Shown here one piece after another: positions 7,242-18,058 of a stretch of DNA of 34,697 nt. Under the pieces are notes generated by a model. It was not told the origin of the DNA. It saw nothing but the letters and a program-made list of their open reading frames with translations, and ran no database searches. Where the stretch lies: positions 1 through 34,697 of the forward strand of contig CAZHPN010000050.1 in the NCBI GenBank assembly GCA_964534375.1. The letters are read 5' to 3'. Origin of the DNA: an uncultured bacterium (GTDB taxonomy: Bacteria > Lernaellota > Lernaellaia > Lernaellales > Lernaellaceae). The stretch's first letter is position 1. Each line of letters starts with the position of its first letter. The translations under genes were made by a program, and so were the position numbers.

Positions 7242-9847
7242 ACGACGAAAAGACGCTAGCAGTCGAGGCCAATCCGCAGTTCCGCGAGCGATTGCATCAA
7301 GAGCGGCAGGAACTCCTTATCACCCGCTATCGTTTATTGCTGATTGTCGCCTGCTTCGTCTACCCTTCGTTCCTGGGCCTCGACGCCATCGACTGGCGCC
7401 CGTTCATCGGGACCTTCGCCGTCATTCGCGCCGTGGTCGTCGCCAATTATCTGGTCTGCCTCGCCCTGCTCTATACGAAATTCGGCCGGCGCATCGCGTT
7501 GCCGTTGTCGATGTGGGGCATCTTCGCCTCCGAGGGCGGCATCGCGGTGATGACCGTTTATCAGGGCGGCTTCACCAGCGTCTATTACATCGGCATCGTC
7601 CTGGCCGTGTTCGTCGCCGGGTTGTTCTTGCCGTGGCGGGCGACGACGACCGGGTTGAGCGGCCTCTTCTGCATGGTCAGCTATTTCCTGGTCAACGTGC
7701 GGTTCGCGCCGCCGGCGAACTGGTCGTGGTCGACCGTCGTGACGCCGCTGTTTTTCATGGGCGGCGGCATCGTGTTGACGTTGTTCTCCAACGTCGGCCA
7801 GGAGCGCTCGCGCCGGCGCGACCTCGCCTTGCGGATGCAGATCGAGACGGCGAACGAGGAGCTCAAAGAACTCGACAAAACCAAAATGCGCTTTTTCTCC
7901 AACGTCAGCCACGAATTGCGCAGTCCGCTGACGTTGATTCTCGGCCCGTTGGAAGCGATGCTCAGCGCCCAGCCGCCGGCCGACCCGCGGCCGCTGCTCG
8001 AGGCGATGGACAGCAACGCCCGCCGGCTCTTGCGGCAGGTGAACACCCTGCTGGATTTCGCCAAGATCGACGCCGGCAAGTTGGAGTGCAAATTCGCGTT
8101 CGGGAATATCGGGCGGCTCCTGGAAGAACTTTTTCGCGCGACGCGGCCCCACACGGAGCGTCGCAAGATCGACCTGACCATCGACGGCGCCGACACGATT
8201 CCGGATTCCATCCTGGATCAAAACAAAGTGGAGACGATCGCCGCCAACCTGATCTCGAACGCCGTGAAGTTCACGCCCGCCGGCGGCAAGATCGCCATTC
8301 GCGCGAGCTTCGACGAAGAACGCATTTCGTTCGAAGTCGAAGACTCGGGCAGCGGCATTCCCGAAGATCAGATCGATTTGATATTCGAGCGGTTCCGCCA
8401 ACTCGACGATGCGCTGTCGCGCCGCGCCGAGGGTACGGGCCTCGGCTTGTCGATGGTCAAGGAACTGACGGCCCTGCACGGCGGCCGCGTCATGGTGCGT
8501 TCGAAGGTCGGGGTCGGCACGACGTTCACGATCGAGTTGCCGCGCCGGCCCGAGCAGAAACCGATCGACCGCCGGCGGATCATCGGCCGCCGCAAAGTCG
8601 ACCAGATGGCGCAGGAGCGCACGATCTCGATGCTTGGCGCCGAGCAGGAACAACGGTCGGGCGCCAAAACGCTGCTGGCGGATGTCGTCACCTCCAAGCT
8701 CGGCGGCGGCGTGCTGATCGACCAGGAGATCAAACAGTTGGCCCCGGCGGATGCGCAGAAGGTGCTCGTTGTGGACGACAACCCGGACATCCGCACGTTC
8801 ATGGCCAGCAACCTCGCGACCGATTTTCGCATCGCGCTGGCCGGCGACGGCGTCGAGGCGTTGGAGGTTGCGCGTCGTTTCCAGCCGGATCTGATCGTCT
8901 CCGACATCATGATGCCGCGGATGGACGGCTACGAACTTTGCCGGCAGATCCGCCAGGACAAGACGCTCGGCCAGATCCCGATCATCCTGGCGACTTCCAA
9001 GTCGGGCGGCGAGGCCGTGGTCACGGGCCTGGAGACCGGCGCCAACGATTACCTCGCCAAACCGTTCGAGATCCGGGAACTGAAGGCGCGCGTCGCGGCG
9101 CAGTTGCGCGCCCATCGCCTCGAACGAAGCCTGGGCGAGCGTGAAAGCCGGCTGGCCGCGATCGGCCAGATGACCAGTTCGATCGTCCACGACTTGAAGA
9201 ACCCGCTCAACACCATTGTCGGCTTCGCCGAAATCGCCCGGGAGGACGCCGCCGCCGCGCAGAGCAAAGACCTCTTGCAAGACGTCGAGCCGATCGTCAG
9301 CGAGGCCAAGCGGCTCGGGCGGATGATCGCGGAGGTGTTGGATTTCGCCCGCGGCTACAGCGCCAACCTCAAGCTGGAGCCGACGCCGCTGGGGCCGTTC
9401 TTGAACATGGCCGCGGCGCCCTGGAAAACCAAGTTGGAGCAAATGGGCGTGACGTTCACCGTCGATCTGCGCATCGCGGACACGCTGAAAATCGATCTCG
9501 ACGCCGACAACATGATGCGCATCGTGGAGAATCTGTTGAAGAACTCCCTGGAGGCGTTGTGCGGCGAAGGCCGCGACCCGCGGGGCAAGCACGTCTGGCT
9601 GTGCGCGGAAGCGGCCAACGGGACCGTGTCGGTCCGCGTGGCCGACGACGGCCCGGGCATCCGCGAGGAAATCGCCGGGCGGCTGTTCGAACCGTTCGCG
9701 ACGGCCGGGAAAAAGTCCGGCACGGGCCTCGGCCTGGCGACCGTGCGCAATTTGGTCAAGGCGCAGAACGGCGACATTGCGGTCACGCCGACGGCCCCGG
9801 AAGGCGGCGCGGCGTTCGTGATGACGTTCCCCCGCAAGGAAGATTGA
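7238..9847 (+). CDS. Membrane hybrid sensor histidine kinase with two transmitter modules (TM-HisKA-HATPase-REC-HisKA-HATPase)
   Basis: About 5-6 hydrophobic helices; H-box SHELRSPL, NLISNAVKFT, DSGSGI, GTGLGL; REC VVDDNP/SDIMMP/LAKPF; second H-box VHDLKNPL, NLLKNS, DDGPGI, GTGLGL; ATGA overlap with the upstream stop. Confidence 0.93.
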   Translation: MNDEKTLAVEANPQFRERLHQERQELLITRYRLLLIVACFVYPSFLGLDAIDWRPFIGTFAVIRAVVVANYLVCLALLYTKFGRRIALPLSMWGIFASEGGIAVMTVYQGGFTSVYYIGIVLAVFVAGLFLPWRATTTGLSGLFCMVSYFLVNVRFAPPANWSWSTVVTPLFFMGGGIVLTLFSNVGQERSRRRDLALRMQIETANEELKELDKTKMRFFSNVSHELRSPLTLILGPLEAMLSAQPPADPRPLLEAMDSNARRLLRQVNTLLDFAKIDAGKLECKFAFGNIGRLLEELFRATRPHTERRKIDLTIDGADTIPDSILDQNKVETIAANLISNAVKFTPAGGKIAIRASFDEERISFEVEDSGSGIPEDQIDLIFERFRQLDDALSRRAEGTGLGLSMVKELTALHGGRVMVRSKVGVGTTFTIELPRRPEQKPIDRRRIIGRRKVDQMAQERTISMLGAEQEQRSGAKTLLADVVTSKLGGGVLIDQEIKQLAPADAQKVLVVDDNPDIRTFMASNLATDFRIALAGDGVEALEVARRFQPDLIVSDIMMPRMDGYELCRQIRQDKTLGQIPIILATSKSGGEAVVTGLETGANDYLAKPFEIRELKARVAAQLRAHRLERSLGERESRLAAIGQMTSSIVHDLKNPLNTIVGFAEIAREDAAAAQSKDLLQDVEPIVSEAKRLGRMIAEVLDFARGYSANLKLEPTPLGPFLNMAAAPWKTKLEQMGVTFTVDLRIADTLKIDLDADNMMRIVENLLKNSLEALCGEGRDPRGKHVWLCAEAANGTVSVRVADDGPGIREEIAGRLFEPFATAGKKSGTGLGLATVRNLVKAQNGDIAVTPTAPEGGAAFVMTFPRKED

Positions 9848-9919
9848 GCGGGGCGGCGCCGGCGTCGGCCGGAGGGCCGCTCTTCTCATTCCGTCGCGAC
9901 TGCTGTATTAAAGGACGCG

Positions 9920-11002
9920 ATGGAATCCAAAAGCCGAATCCTGATTGTCGACGACGAGGAGATGAACCGCCGTTTGCTCGGCACGTTCCTGCAACGGCTC
10001 GGCTACGAGACGAGCGAGGCCGGCGACGGCGTCGACGCGTTGGAAAAAGTCAAAGCCGCGCCGCCCGACATCATCCTGATGGACATTCAGATGCCGCGGA
10101 TGAACGGTCTGGACGCGACGAAACGATTGAAAGAAGACCCGGCGACGCGGGGCATTCCGATCGTCATCGTCTCGTCGACGGCCGATCTCGAACCGCGGGT
10201 GCAGGCGCTGGAAAACGGCGTCGACGATTTCCTGGCAAAACCGGTGGACCGCACCGAGTTGCGCGCGCGGGTGCAATCGCTGCTGAAGGTGAAGGCGTAC
10301 AACGATCAGCAGCGTTCTTATCAAAAAACCCTCGAGGAAGCGGTGGCCCAACGCACGGACCAGTTGCGCCGCGCGTTCGACGATCTCAAGGGCGCCAACG
10401 ACCGGCTGAAGAAGGCCTCGCTGGACACGATCTTCCGCCTGGCGCAGGCGGCGGAATACAAAGACCGCGACACCGGCAACCACATCAAACGCATCGGCTA
10501 TTACACGGCGACCGTCGCCCGCGAACTTGGCCAAAGCGAGATGGAAATCGAGGCGATCCTCTACGCGGCGCCGATGCACGACATCGGCAAAATCGGCATC
10601 CCGGATCGGATCTTGTTGAAGCCGGGCAAGCTCGACCCCGACGAATGGGAAATCATGAAGCAGCATTCCCAGATCGGCAGGGATCTGCTGCACGGCTCCG
10701 ACTCGGCCCTGCTCAACATGGCCGAGACCATCGCCCTGACGCACCACGAGCAGTGGGACGGCAGCGGCTATCCGCAGCAATTGCGCGGCGACGAGATTCC
10801 GCTGGTCGGCCGCATCACCGCCATCGCCGACGTCTTCGACGCCCTCACGTCCAAACGCCCGTATAAAGGCCCGATGCCGACGGACGACGCGCTCGCGATC
10901 CTGCGCGAGAAACGCGCCGTGCATTTCGACCCGCAAGTCGTCGACGCTTTCTTCGGCGCGATCGAACGCATCAAAGAAATCCGCAACGGCTGGTCGGACT
11001 GA
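9920..11002 (+). CDS. RpfG-like response regulator, REC + HD-GYP c-di-GMP phosphodiesterase
   Basis: REC (IVDDE, LMDIQMP, LAKP) plus HDIGK, HHEQWDGSGYP, ADVFDAL, RPYK. Confidence 0.93.
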   Translation: MESKSRILIVDDEEMNRRLLGTFLQRLGYETSEAGDGVDALEKVKAAPPDIILMDIQMPRMNGLDATKRLKEDPATRGIPIVIVSSTADLEPRVQALENGVDDFLAKPVDRTELRARVQSLLKVKAYNDQQRSYQKTLEEAVAQRTDQLRRAFDDLKGANDRLKKASLDTIFRLAQAAEYKDRDTGNHIKRIGYYTATVARELGQSEMEIEAILYAAPMHDIGKIGIPDRILLKPGKLDPDEWEIMKQHSQIGRDLLHGSDSALLNMAETIALTHHEQWDGSGYPQQLRGDEIPLVGRITAIADVFDALTSKRPYKGPMPTDDALAILREKRAVHFDPQVVDAFFGAIERIKEIRNGWSD

Positions 11003-11073
11003 GAACGCGCCCGGCGGGCGATTTCTACGCCGCCTTTCACCGCGCTTGATTAATCGACTCCGGCAAGGGAACA

Positions 11074-11099
11074 TGGCGCGCCGTGAATTCGGCGCGCCA
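11074..11099. other. Perfect 10-bp stem-loop upstream of tldD
   Basis: TGGCGCGCCG-tgaatt-CGGCGCGCCA; no U-tract, so not a classical intrinsic terminator. Confidence 0.4.
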
Positions 11100-11122
11100 C
11101 ATTACCGACGGGGGATCTCGCG

Positions 11123-12667
11123 ATGAACGACACCCATGACGCCGCGGGCGGCTGCCGCATGACCCGCCGCGAATTTCTGCAGACGATGGCGGCCACCAGC
11201 CTGCTGGCGGGCCTGCCGACCGGCGCGGCGGCCGCGCTGGCCGCGGACCGGCCCGCGCTCGGCGGGCTCGGGCTCGACGCGGATTTCTTGAGCAAGCTGC
11301 TGTCGATCGCCATGTCGCGCGGCGGCGAATTCGCGGAAATCTACGTGCAGGACGCCCTGCTGTCGGATATCGCCCTCGACGACGGCAAGATCCGCAGCGC
11401 CTCGGTCGGCGCCAGCCGCGGCGTCGGCGTGCGCGTCATCAAGGGCCTGAAGGTCGGCTACGCGTATTCCGACGACTTCTCGCCCGAGGCCCTGCGCCGC
11501 ACGGCCGACACGGCGGCGTTGATCGCCGGCGGCCAAGGCTCGTGGACGCCCGTGCCGCTGCGGCCGGAGATGGCGCGACCGCTGTCGCCGAAGCGGCTGC
11601 CGTTCGCCGAGGCGCCGGTCGAGAAGAAAACGGCCATCGTGCTGGCGATGGACGCGGCGGCGCGGCAGTACGACCCGCGCGTCAAGCAGGTCTTCGGCCG
11701 CCTGGCCGACACGGCCGTCTACCGCCTGGTCGCCAACACCGAGGGGCTTTTGGCCGAGGACCACGACGCGCTGGTGCGGGCGGCCGTGCAACTGGTCGTC
11801 AGCGACGGCAAAGATCGCCGCACCGGCTTTTTCGGCGGCGGCGGGCGCGTGGGGACGGAGCATTACGACGCGTTCTCGCCGGAGCTGATCGCGCGCACGG
11901 CGGCCAAATCGGGCCTCGCGATGCTGGGCGCGGTCGACGCCAAAGCCGGCGAGCAGTCGGTGGTGCTCGCCAACGGCTGGAGCGGCATCCTGCTGCACGA
12001 GGCGATCGGGCACGGCCTCGAAGCGGATTTCAATCGCAAAAAGACGAGCCTTTATTCGGGCCGCATCGGGCAGAAGGTCGCCAGCGAATTGTGTACGGTG
12101 ATCGACGACGCGACGCTGGCCAACCGGCGCGGCTCGATCAACATGGACGACGAGGGCGCGGCGCCGCAGCGCAAGGTGCTGATCGAAAAAGGCGTGCTCC
12201 GCGGCTACATGTTCGACCGGCTCAACGCCAAACTGATGGGCCAGGGCTTCCAGTCGACGGGCAGCGGCCGGCGCGAAAGTTTCCGGCACTATCCCCTGCC
12301 CCGCATGTCGAACACGTTTCTGGCGCCGGGCGAGCACACGCCGGATGAGATTATTCATTCCGTCAAAAAGGGCCTCTACTGCAAGATGTTCGGCGGCGGC
12401 CAGGTGGATATTGCCAACGGGCAGTTCGTCTTCGAAGTATCCGAGGCGTACCTGATCGAAGACGGCAAGCTCACGGCCCCGGTGAAGGGCGCGACGCTGA
12501 TCGGCATCGGGCCGAAGGCGCTCGAGCAGGTGTCGCTGGTCGGAGCCGACGCCGAACTCGATCCGGGCATCGGCACCTGCGGCAAAGACGGGCAATGGGT
12601 GCCGGTGGGCGTGGGGCTGCCGCACGTGCGGCTCGACAACATGACCGTCGGCGCGGCGAAGGCGTAG
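11123..12667 (+). CDS. tldD: TldD metalloprotease subunit with twin-arginine signal peptide
   Basis: LLHEAIGHGLEAD (HExxxH), DDEG, PRMSNT, C-terminal CGKDGQ; N-terminal TRREFLQ + hydrophobic stretch + ALA. Confidence 0.93.
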   Translation: MNDTHDAAGGCRMTRREFLQTMAATSLLAGLPTGAAAALAADRPALGGLGLDADFLSKLLSIAMSRGGEFAEIYVQDALLSDIALDDGKIRSASVGASRGVGVRVIKGLKVGYAYSDDFSPEALRRTADTAALIAGGQGSWTPVPLRPEMARPLSPKRLPFAEAPVEKKTAIVLAMDAAARQYDPRVKQVFGRLADTAVYRLVANTEGLLAEDHDALVRAAVQLVVSDGKDRRTGFFGGGGRVGTEHYDAFSPELIARTAAKSGLAMLGAVDAKAGEQSVVLANGWSGILLHEAIGHGLEADFNRKKTSLYSGRIGQKVASELCTVIDDATLANRRGSINMDDEGAAPQRKVLIEKGVLRGYMFDRLNAKLMGQGFQSTGSGRRESFRHYPLPRMSNTFLAPGEHTPDEIIHSVKKGLYCKMFGGGQVDIANGQFVFEVSEAYLIEDGKLTAPVKGATLIGIGPKALEQVSLVGADAELDPGIGTCGKDGQWVPVGVGLPHVRLDNMTVGAAKA

Positions 12668-12677
12668 GAGGCGAATC

Positions 12678-14027
12678 ATGGAGAAAATCGAACTGGACCG
12701 TTTGCACAAGCTGGTCGAGCAGTTGCGCCGGGCCGGCGCGGATCAAGTCGACGCCTATTACGAATGGGGCCGCAACACGAACATCAGCGCGCGCAACGGC
12801 GAGGTCGAAAACCTGAAGCAGGCGGTCAGCCAGGGCGTCGGCGTGCGCGTGTTCAAGAACCACCAACTCGGCTTCGGCTTCACCTCGGACATCTCGCCCG
12901 ACGGCCTGTCGCGCTTGGGCGAAAAGACGCTGGCGCTGGCGCACGCGACGGCGATCGACCCGAACCACGGCCTGCCCGACAAAAAATATCTGGGCCGGCC
13001 CACGAAGGCGGCCGACGCGTTCGACCCGCAGGTCGAGGCGCTCGACAACGCGACGTTGACGAAAAACGCCATCCTCATGGAAAAGGTCGCCCTCGCCGCC
13101 GACCCGCGCATCAAGACAGTGCAGGAGGTCGGCGCCGGCTGCAACGTGCAGCGCGTCGCGCTGGTCAACAGCGAAGGCTTTGCCGGCGACTACGCCAAAA
13201 CCTACGCCTGGCTGTACGCCGACACGCTCGCCGAGGCCGACGGCCAGAAGCAATCGGGGTCGTTCGTCGATCAGGCGACGCACTGGGCCGACCTGCTGGG
13301 CCCCGAGGCGGTCGCCCAAGAGGCCGCACGGCGCGGCGTGCGCACGCTCGGCGCACGGAAAATTCCGTCCGCCCAGATGCCGGTGATCTTCGAGCCGCCG
13401 CTGGTCAAGGCGTTTCTGCGCGGCCTGCTCGGCGCGCTCAACGGCGAGATGGTGTTTTTGAAAAGCAGTTTCCTCGCCGACAAACTCGGCCAGACGATCG
13501 CCTCGCCCCTGTTCACGGTCGTCGACGACGGCGGCCTCGACCGCCGCTCGGGCAGCCAGCCGTTCGACGGCGAAGGCCTGGCGACGCGCCGGCAGACGCT
13601 GTTCGACAAGGGCGCGCTGCGCATGTTCCTGTACGACGTCCACACCGCCAACCAGGCCGGCGCGCAACCGAGCGGCACAGCCGGCCGCGGTTACGCGGCG
13701 CTGCCCACGATCGGCTCGACCAACCTCTTTCTCGAACCGGGCGACCAGCCGCCGGCGGCGTTGCGGCGCGGCCTCGACCGGGCGCTGCTGGTCACCGACA
13801 TGATGGGCCAGGGCGTGAACACGGTCACCGGCGATTACTCGCGCGGCGCGAAGGGCTTTCTTATCGAAAAAGGCGAGATCGTTCACCCGGTGCAGGAAGT
13901 CACCGTGGCGGCGCACATGCTCGACATGCTGCGCAACATCGACATGGTGGCCAACGACATGGAGTGGCGCGGCAGCGTCGGCGCGCCGTCGATCCGGTTC
14001 GCGAAGATGACGGTCGCGGGGAAGTAG
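12678..14027 (+). CDS. pmbA: TldE/PmbA non-catalytic partner subunit
   Basis: KSSFLADKLG, PFDGEG, GVNTVTGDYSRGAKGFLIEKGEI, no HExxH; AGGAGG RBS; directly follows tldD. Confidence 0.9.
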   Translation: MEKIELDRLHKLVEQLRRAGADQVDAYYEWGRNTNISARNGEVENLKQAVSQGVGVRVFKNHQLGFGFTSDISPDGLSRLGEKTLALAHATAIDPNHGLPDKKYLGRPTKAADAFDPQVEALDNATLTKNAILMEKVALAADPRIKTVQEVGAGCNVQRVALVNSEGFAGDYAKTYAWLYADTLAEADGQKQSGSFVDQATHWADLLGPEAVAQEAARRGVRTLGARKIPSAQMPVIFEPPLVKAFLRGLLGALNGEMVFLKSSFLADKLGQTIASPLFTVVDDGGLDRRSGSQPFDGEGLATRRQTLFDKGALRMFLYDVHTANQAGAQPSGTAGRGYAALPTIGSTNLFLEPGDQPPAALRRGLDRALLVTDMMGQGVNTVTGDYSRGAKGFLIEKGEIVHPVQEVTVAAHMLDMLRNIDMVANDMEWRGSVGAPSIRFAKMTVAGK

Positions 14028-14039
14028 GCGGAGGTGCAG

Positions 14040-14230
14040 CGGGATTCGGGATTCGGGACTCGGGATTCGGGGCGAACCATGAATGGCGAATGGCGAATGG
14101 CGAATGGCGAATGTCTGGTCCGGCATTCCGCATTCCGCGTTCCGCATTCCGCATTCGTTGTCCGGCATTCCGCATTCCGCGTTCCGCATTCCGCATTCGT
14201 TGTCCGGCATTCCGCATTCCGCATTCCGCA
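14040..14230. repeat. Composite heptamer tandem array: (CGGGATT)x4, (GAATGGC)x5, then TTCCGCA-based 42-bp unit x2.7
   Basis: Read directly; identical 42-bp units at 14119-14160 and 14161-14202, partial third unit to 14230. Confidence 0.95.
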
Positions 14231-14233
14231 CTA

Positions 14234-15304
14234 ATGGCTCCGTTTCGCCGGCGAAATGTGATATCGGCGCTGCTGATCGCGGGTCTGCTGGCGGCGTTCG
14301 TCGCCGCGCCGGCCGCGCGCCGCATTTGGAGCGGCAAAACGGCAGGCGCCCGCGACGCGGCGGGCGAAGCCGCCGGGGCGCCGCTGAACGTCGTCGAGCG
14401 CGTCGATCCGAACGCGGTCTGGGTTTGCGCCGAACCCAATGACTGCATCGCGGATTACCTGGCGTTTCCCGAACGGGCGAAGCCATGGCGGCGGCCGATT
14501 TCCGCGATGCAACTCGAAAATTCGCTGCTCAACTGCCGCGTGCACGCCGCGCCGGACGCGCCGCCGTCCATGACCGAAGACGACCTTGCGGACGCCGTTG
14601 TCGACAAACTCAATATCGCTTTTCTGCTGCGCGGCCTCGACGCCCGGCCGCTGAAGGCGACGATTGTCGCGACCGACGCGGAAGAGCATTGGCAGACGCT
14701 GCGGCTGCTCTTCGACGACCCCTACGTCGGCGTTTTTCCGGCGCTGCTGCTGTTGCCGCGCGGGCCCGGACCGCATCCGGCCGTGCTGGCGCTGCACGGC
14801 CACGGGCAGGACGCCGGAAAATACGCGGCCGCGTTTCGCGCGCAGCAATTCGCCGAACGCGGGTTCGCGCTGCTGGTTCCCACGATGCGCGGCATGGACG
14901 CCGGCCTGGCGGAGGACCGCGTGACGCGGTTCCTGTTGCGCGCAGGCTTTTCGCTGATGACGATTCGCGTTTATGAAACGCTGCTGGCGCTGAAATATCT
15001 GCGGTGGCGCCGCGACATCGATCACGAGGCCATCGGCCTGATCGGGCATTCCGGCGGCAGCGTGACCGGCGCCGTGGCGATCCGCGTCACGCCGTTCTTC
15101 AAAGCGTTCGTTTATGATTTTACCGGCTCGTTCTACCACGAGCGGTACGAAAAGCTGACCGACGAAAACGTCCCCGGCTTATTCCCCTACGGCAAACGCA
15201 TTGCCGACTTTCGCGCCGCGTGCACGCCGGCCTTGGAAGTCGAATACGGCTACGAAGGGAACGACGAGCAGATCTTCCGGTTTTTCGAGAACCATCTGCG
15301 GTGA
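14234..15304 (+). CDS. Alpha/beta hydrolase (dienelactone hydrolase / acetylxylan esterase-like) with N-terminal signal or anchor
   Basis: 3' part of ORF 12764-15304; ATG 14234; hydrophobic N-terminus; PAVLALHGHG, IGLIGHSGGS nucleophile elbow. Confidence 0.8.
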   Translation: MAPFRRRNVISALLIAGLLAAFVAAPAARRIWSGKTAGARDAAGEAAGAPLNVVERVDPNAVWVCAEPNDCIADYLAFPERAKPWRRPISAMQLENSLLNCRVHAAPDAPPSMTEDDLADAVVDKLNIAFLLRGLDARPLKATIVATDAEEHWQTLRLLFDDPYVGVFPALLLLPRGPGPHPAVLALHGHGQDAGKYAAAFRAQQFAERGFALLVPTMRGMDAGLAEDRVTRFLLRAGFSLMTIRVYETLLALKYLRWRRDIDHEAIGLIGHSGGSVTGAVAIRVTPFFKAFVYDFTGSFYHERYEKLTDENVPGLFPYGKRIADFRAACTPALEVEYGYEGNDEQIFRFFENHLR

Positions 15305-15323
15305 TGCGGGCGCGCGCCTTCTC

Positions 15324-17796
<2,473 letters not shown>

Positions 17797-17874
17797 CTGG
17801 GTCTCCTTCTTTTTTTACGGCGAACTCGTGACGCCGGCCCAAATTATTATCGGCGCCTGCCCGGCAGGCAACGC

Positions 17875-17903
17875 AACTTACCGAAGAGATCGCGAGGTGT
17901 CAA
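17875..17903 (-). promoter_or_regulatory. sigma70-type promoter of metK-ahcY
   Basis: Minus strand TTGACA (17903-17898), 17 nt, TAAGTT (17880-17875). Confidence 0.65.
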
Positions 17904-17911
17904 TCAGCGGC

Positions 17912-18016
17912 GAGCAGTGAGCAGTGAACAGTGAACAATATGACCCTGCAAACGGATCGATTTACTGGCCACTGACCACTGACCACTATTCACCGATCCT
18001 GTTGATCCTGTCAAAA
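17912..18016. repeat. Heptamer-array element: (GARCAGT)x4 ... (ACTGACC)x3-4 ... GATCCTGTTGATCCTGTCAAAA
   Basis: Direct reading; the CAGTG and CACTG arrays face each other; 18000-18016 is the exact reverse complement of 21205-21221. Confidence 0.85.
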
Positions 18017-18058
18017 TAAATTCCTCAAAAATTCGCCCGGCCGGTGCAGATCCCGCGC

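Noticed and set aside
7334..9889. Long antisense ORFs (7334-9889, 5145-6593, 11102-12709, 15201-16760, 16282-17778, 18257-20779, 32415-34343 and others)
   Set aside because: Shadow frames opposite well-supported genes, as expected in high-GC DNA; no motifs.
14040..14230. CRISPR array or repeat-encoded peptides (ORFs 14034-14234, 14083-14442, 13883-14224)
   Set aside because: Contiguous 7-bp tandem units with no unique spacers and no cas genes; the peptides are just translations of the repeat.
12764..14233. 5' part of the 846-aa ORF 12764-15304
   Set aside because: Overlaps tldE out of frame and reads through the heptamer array; only the part from ATG 14234 looks like protein.
17797..17874. 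SAM or SAH riboswitch upstream of metK
   Set aside because: The predicted leader is only about 70 nt, with one small GC hairpin and no SAM-I/II or SAH consensus that I can recognise.
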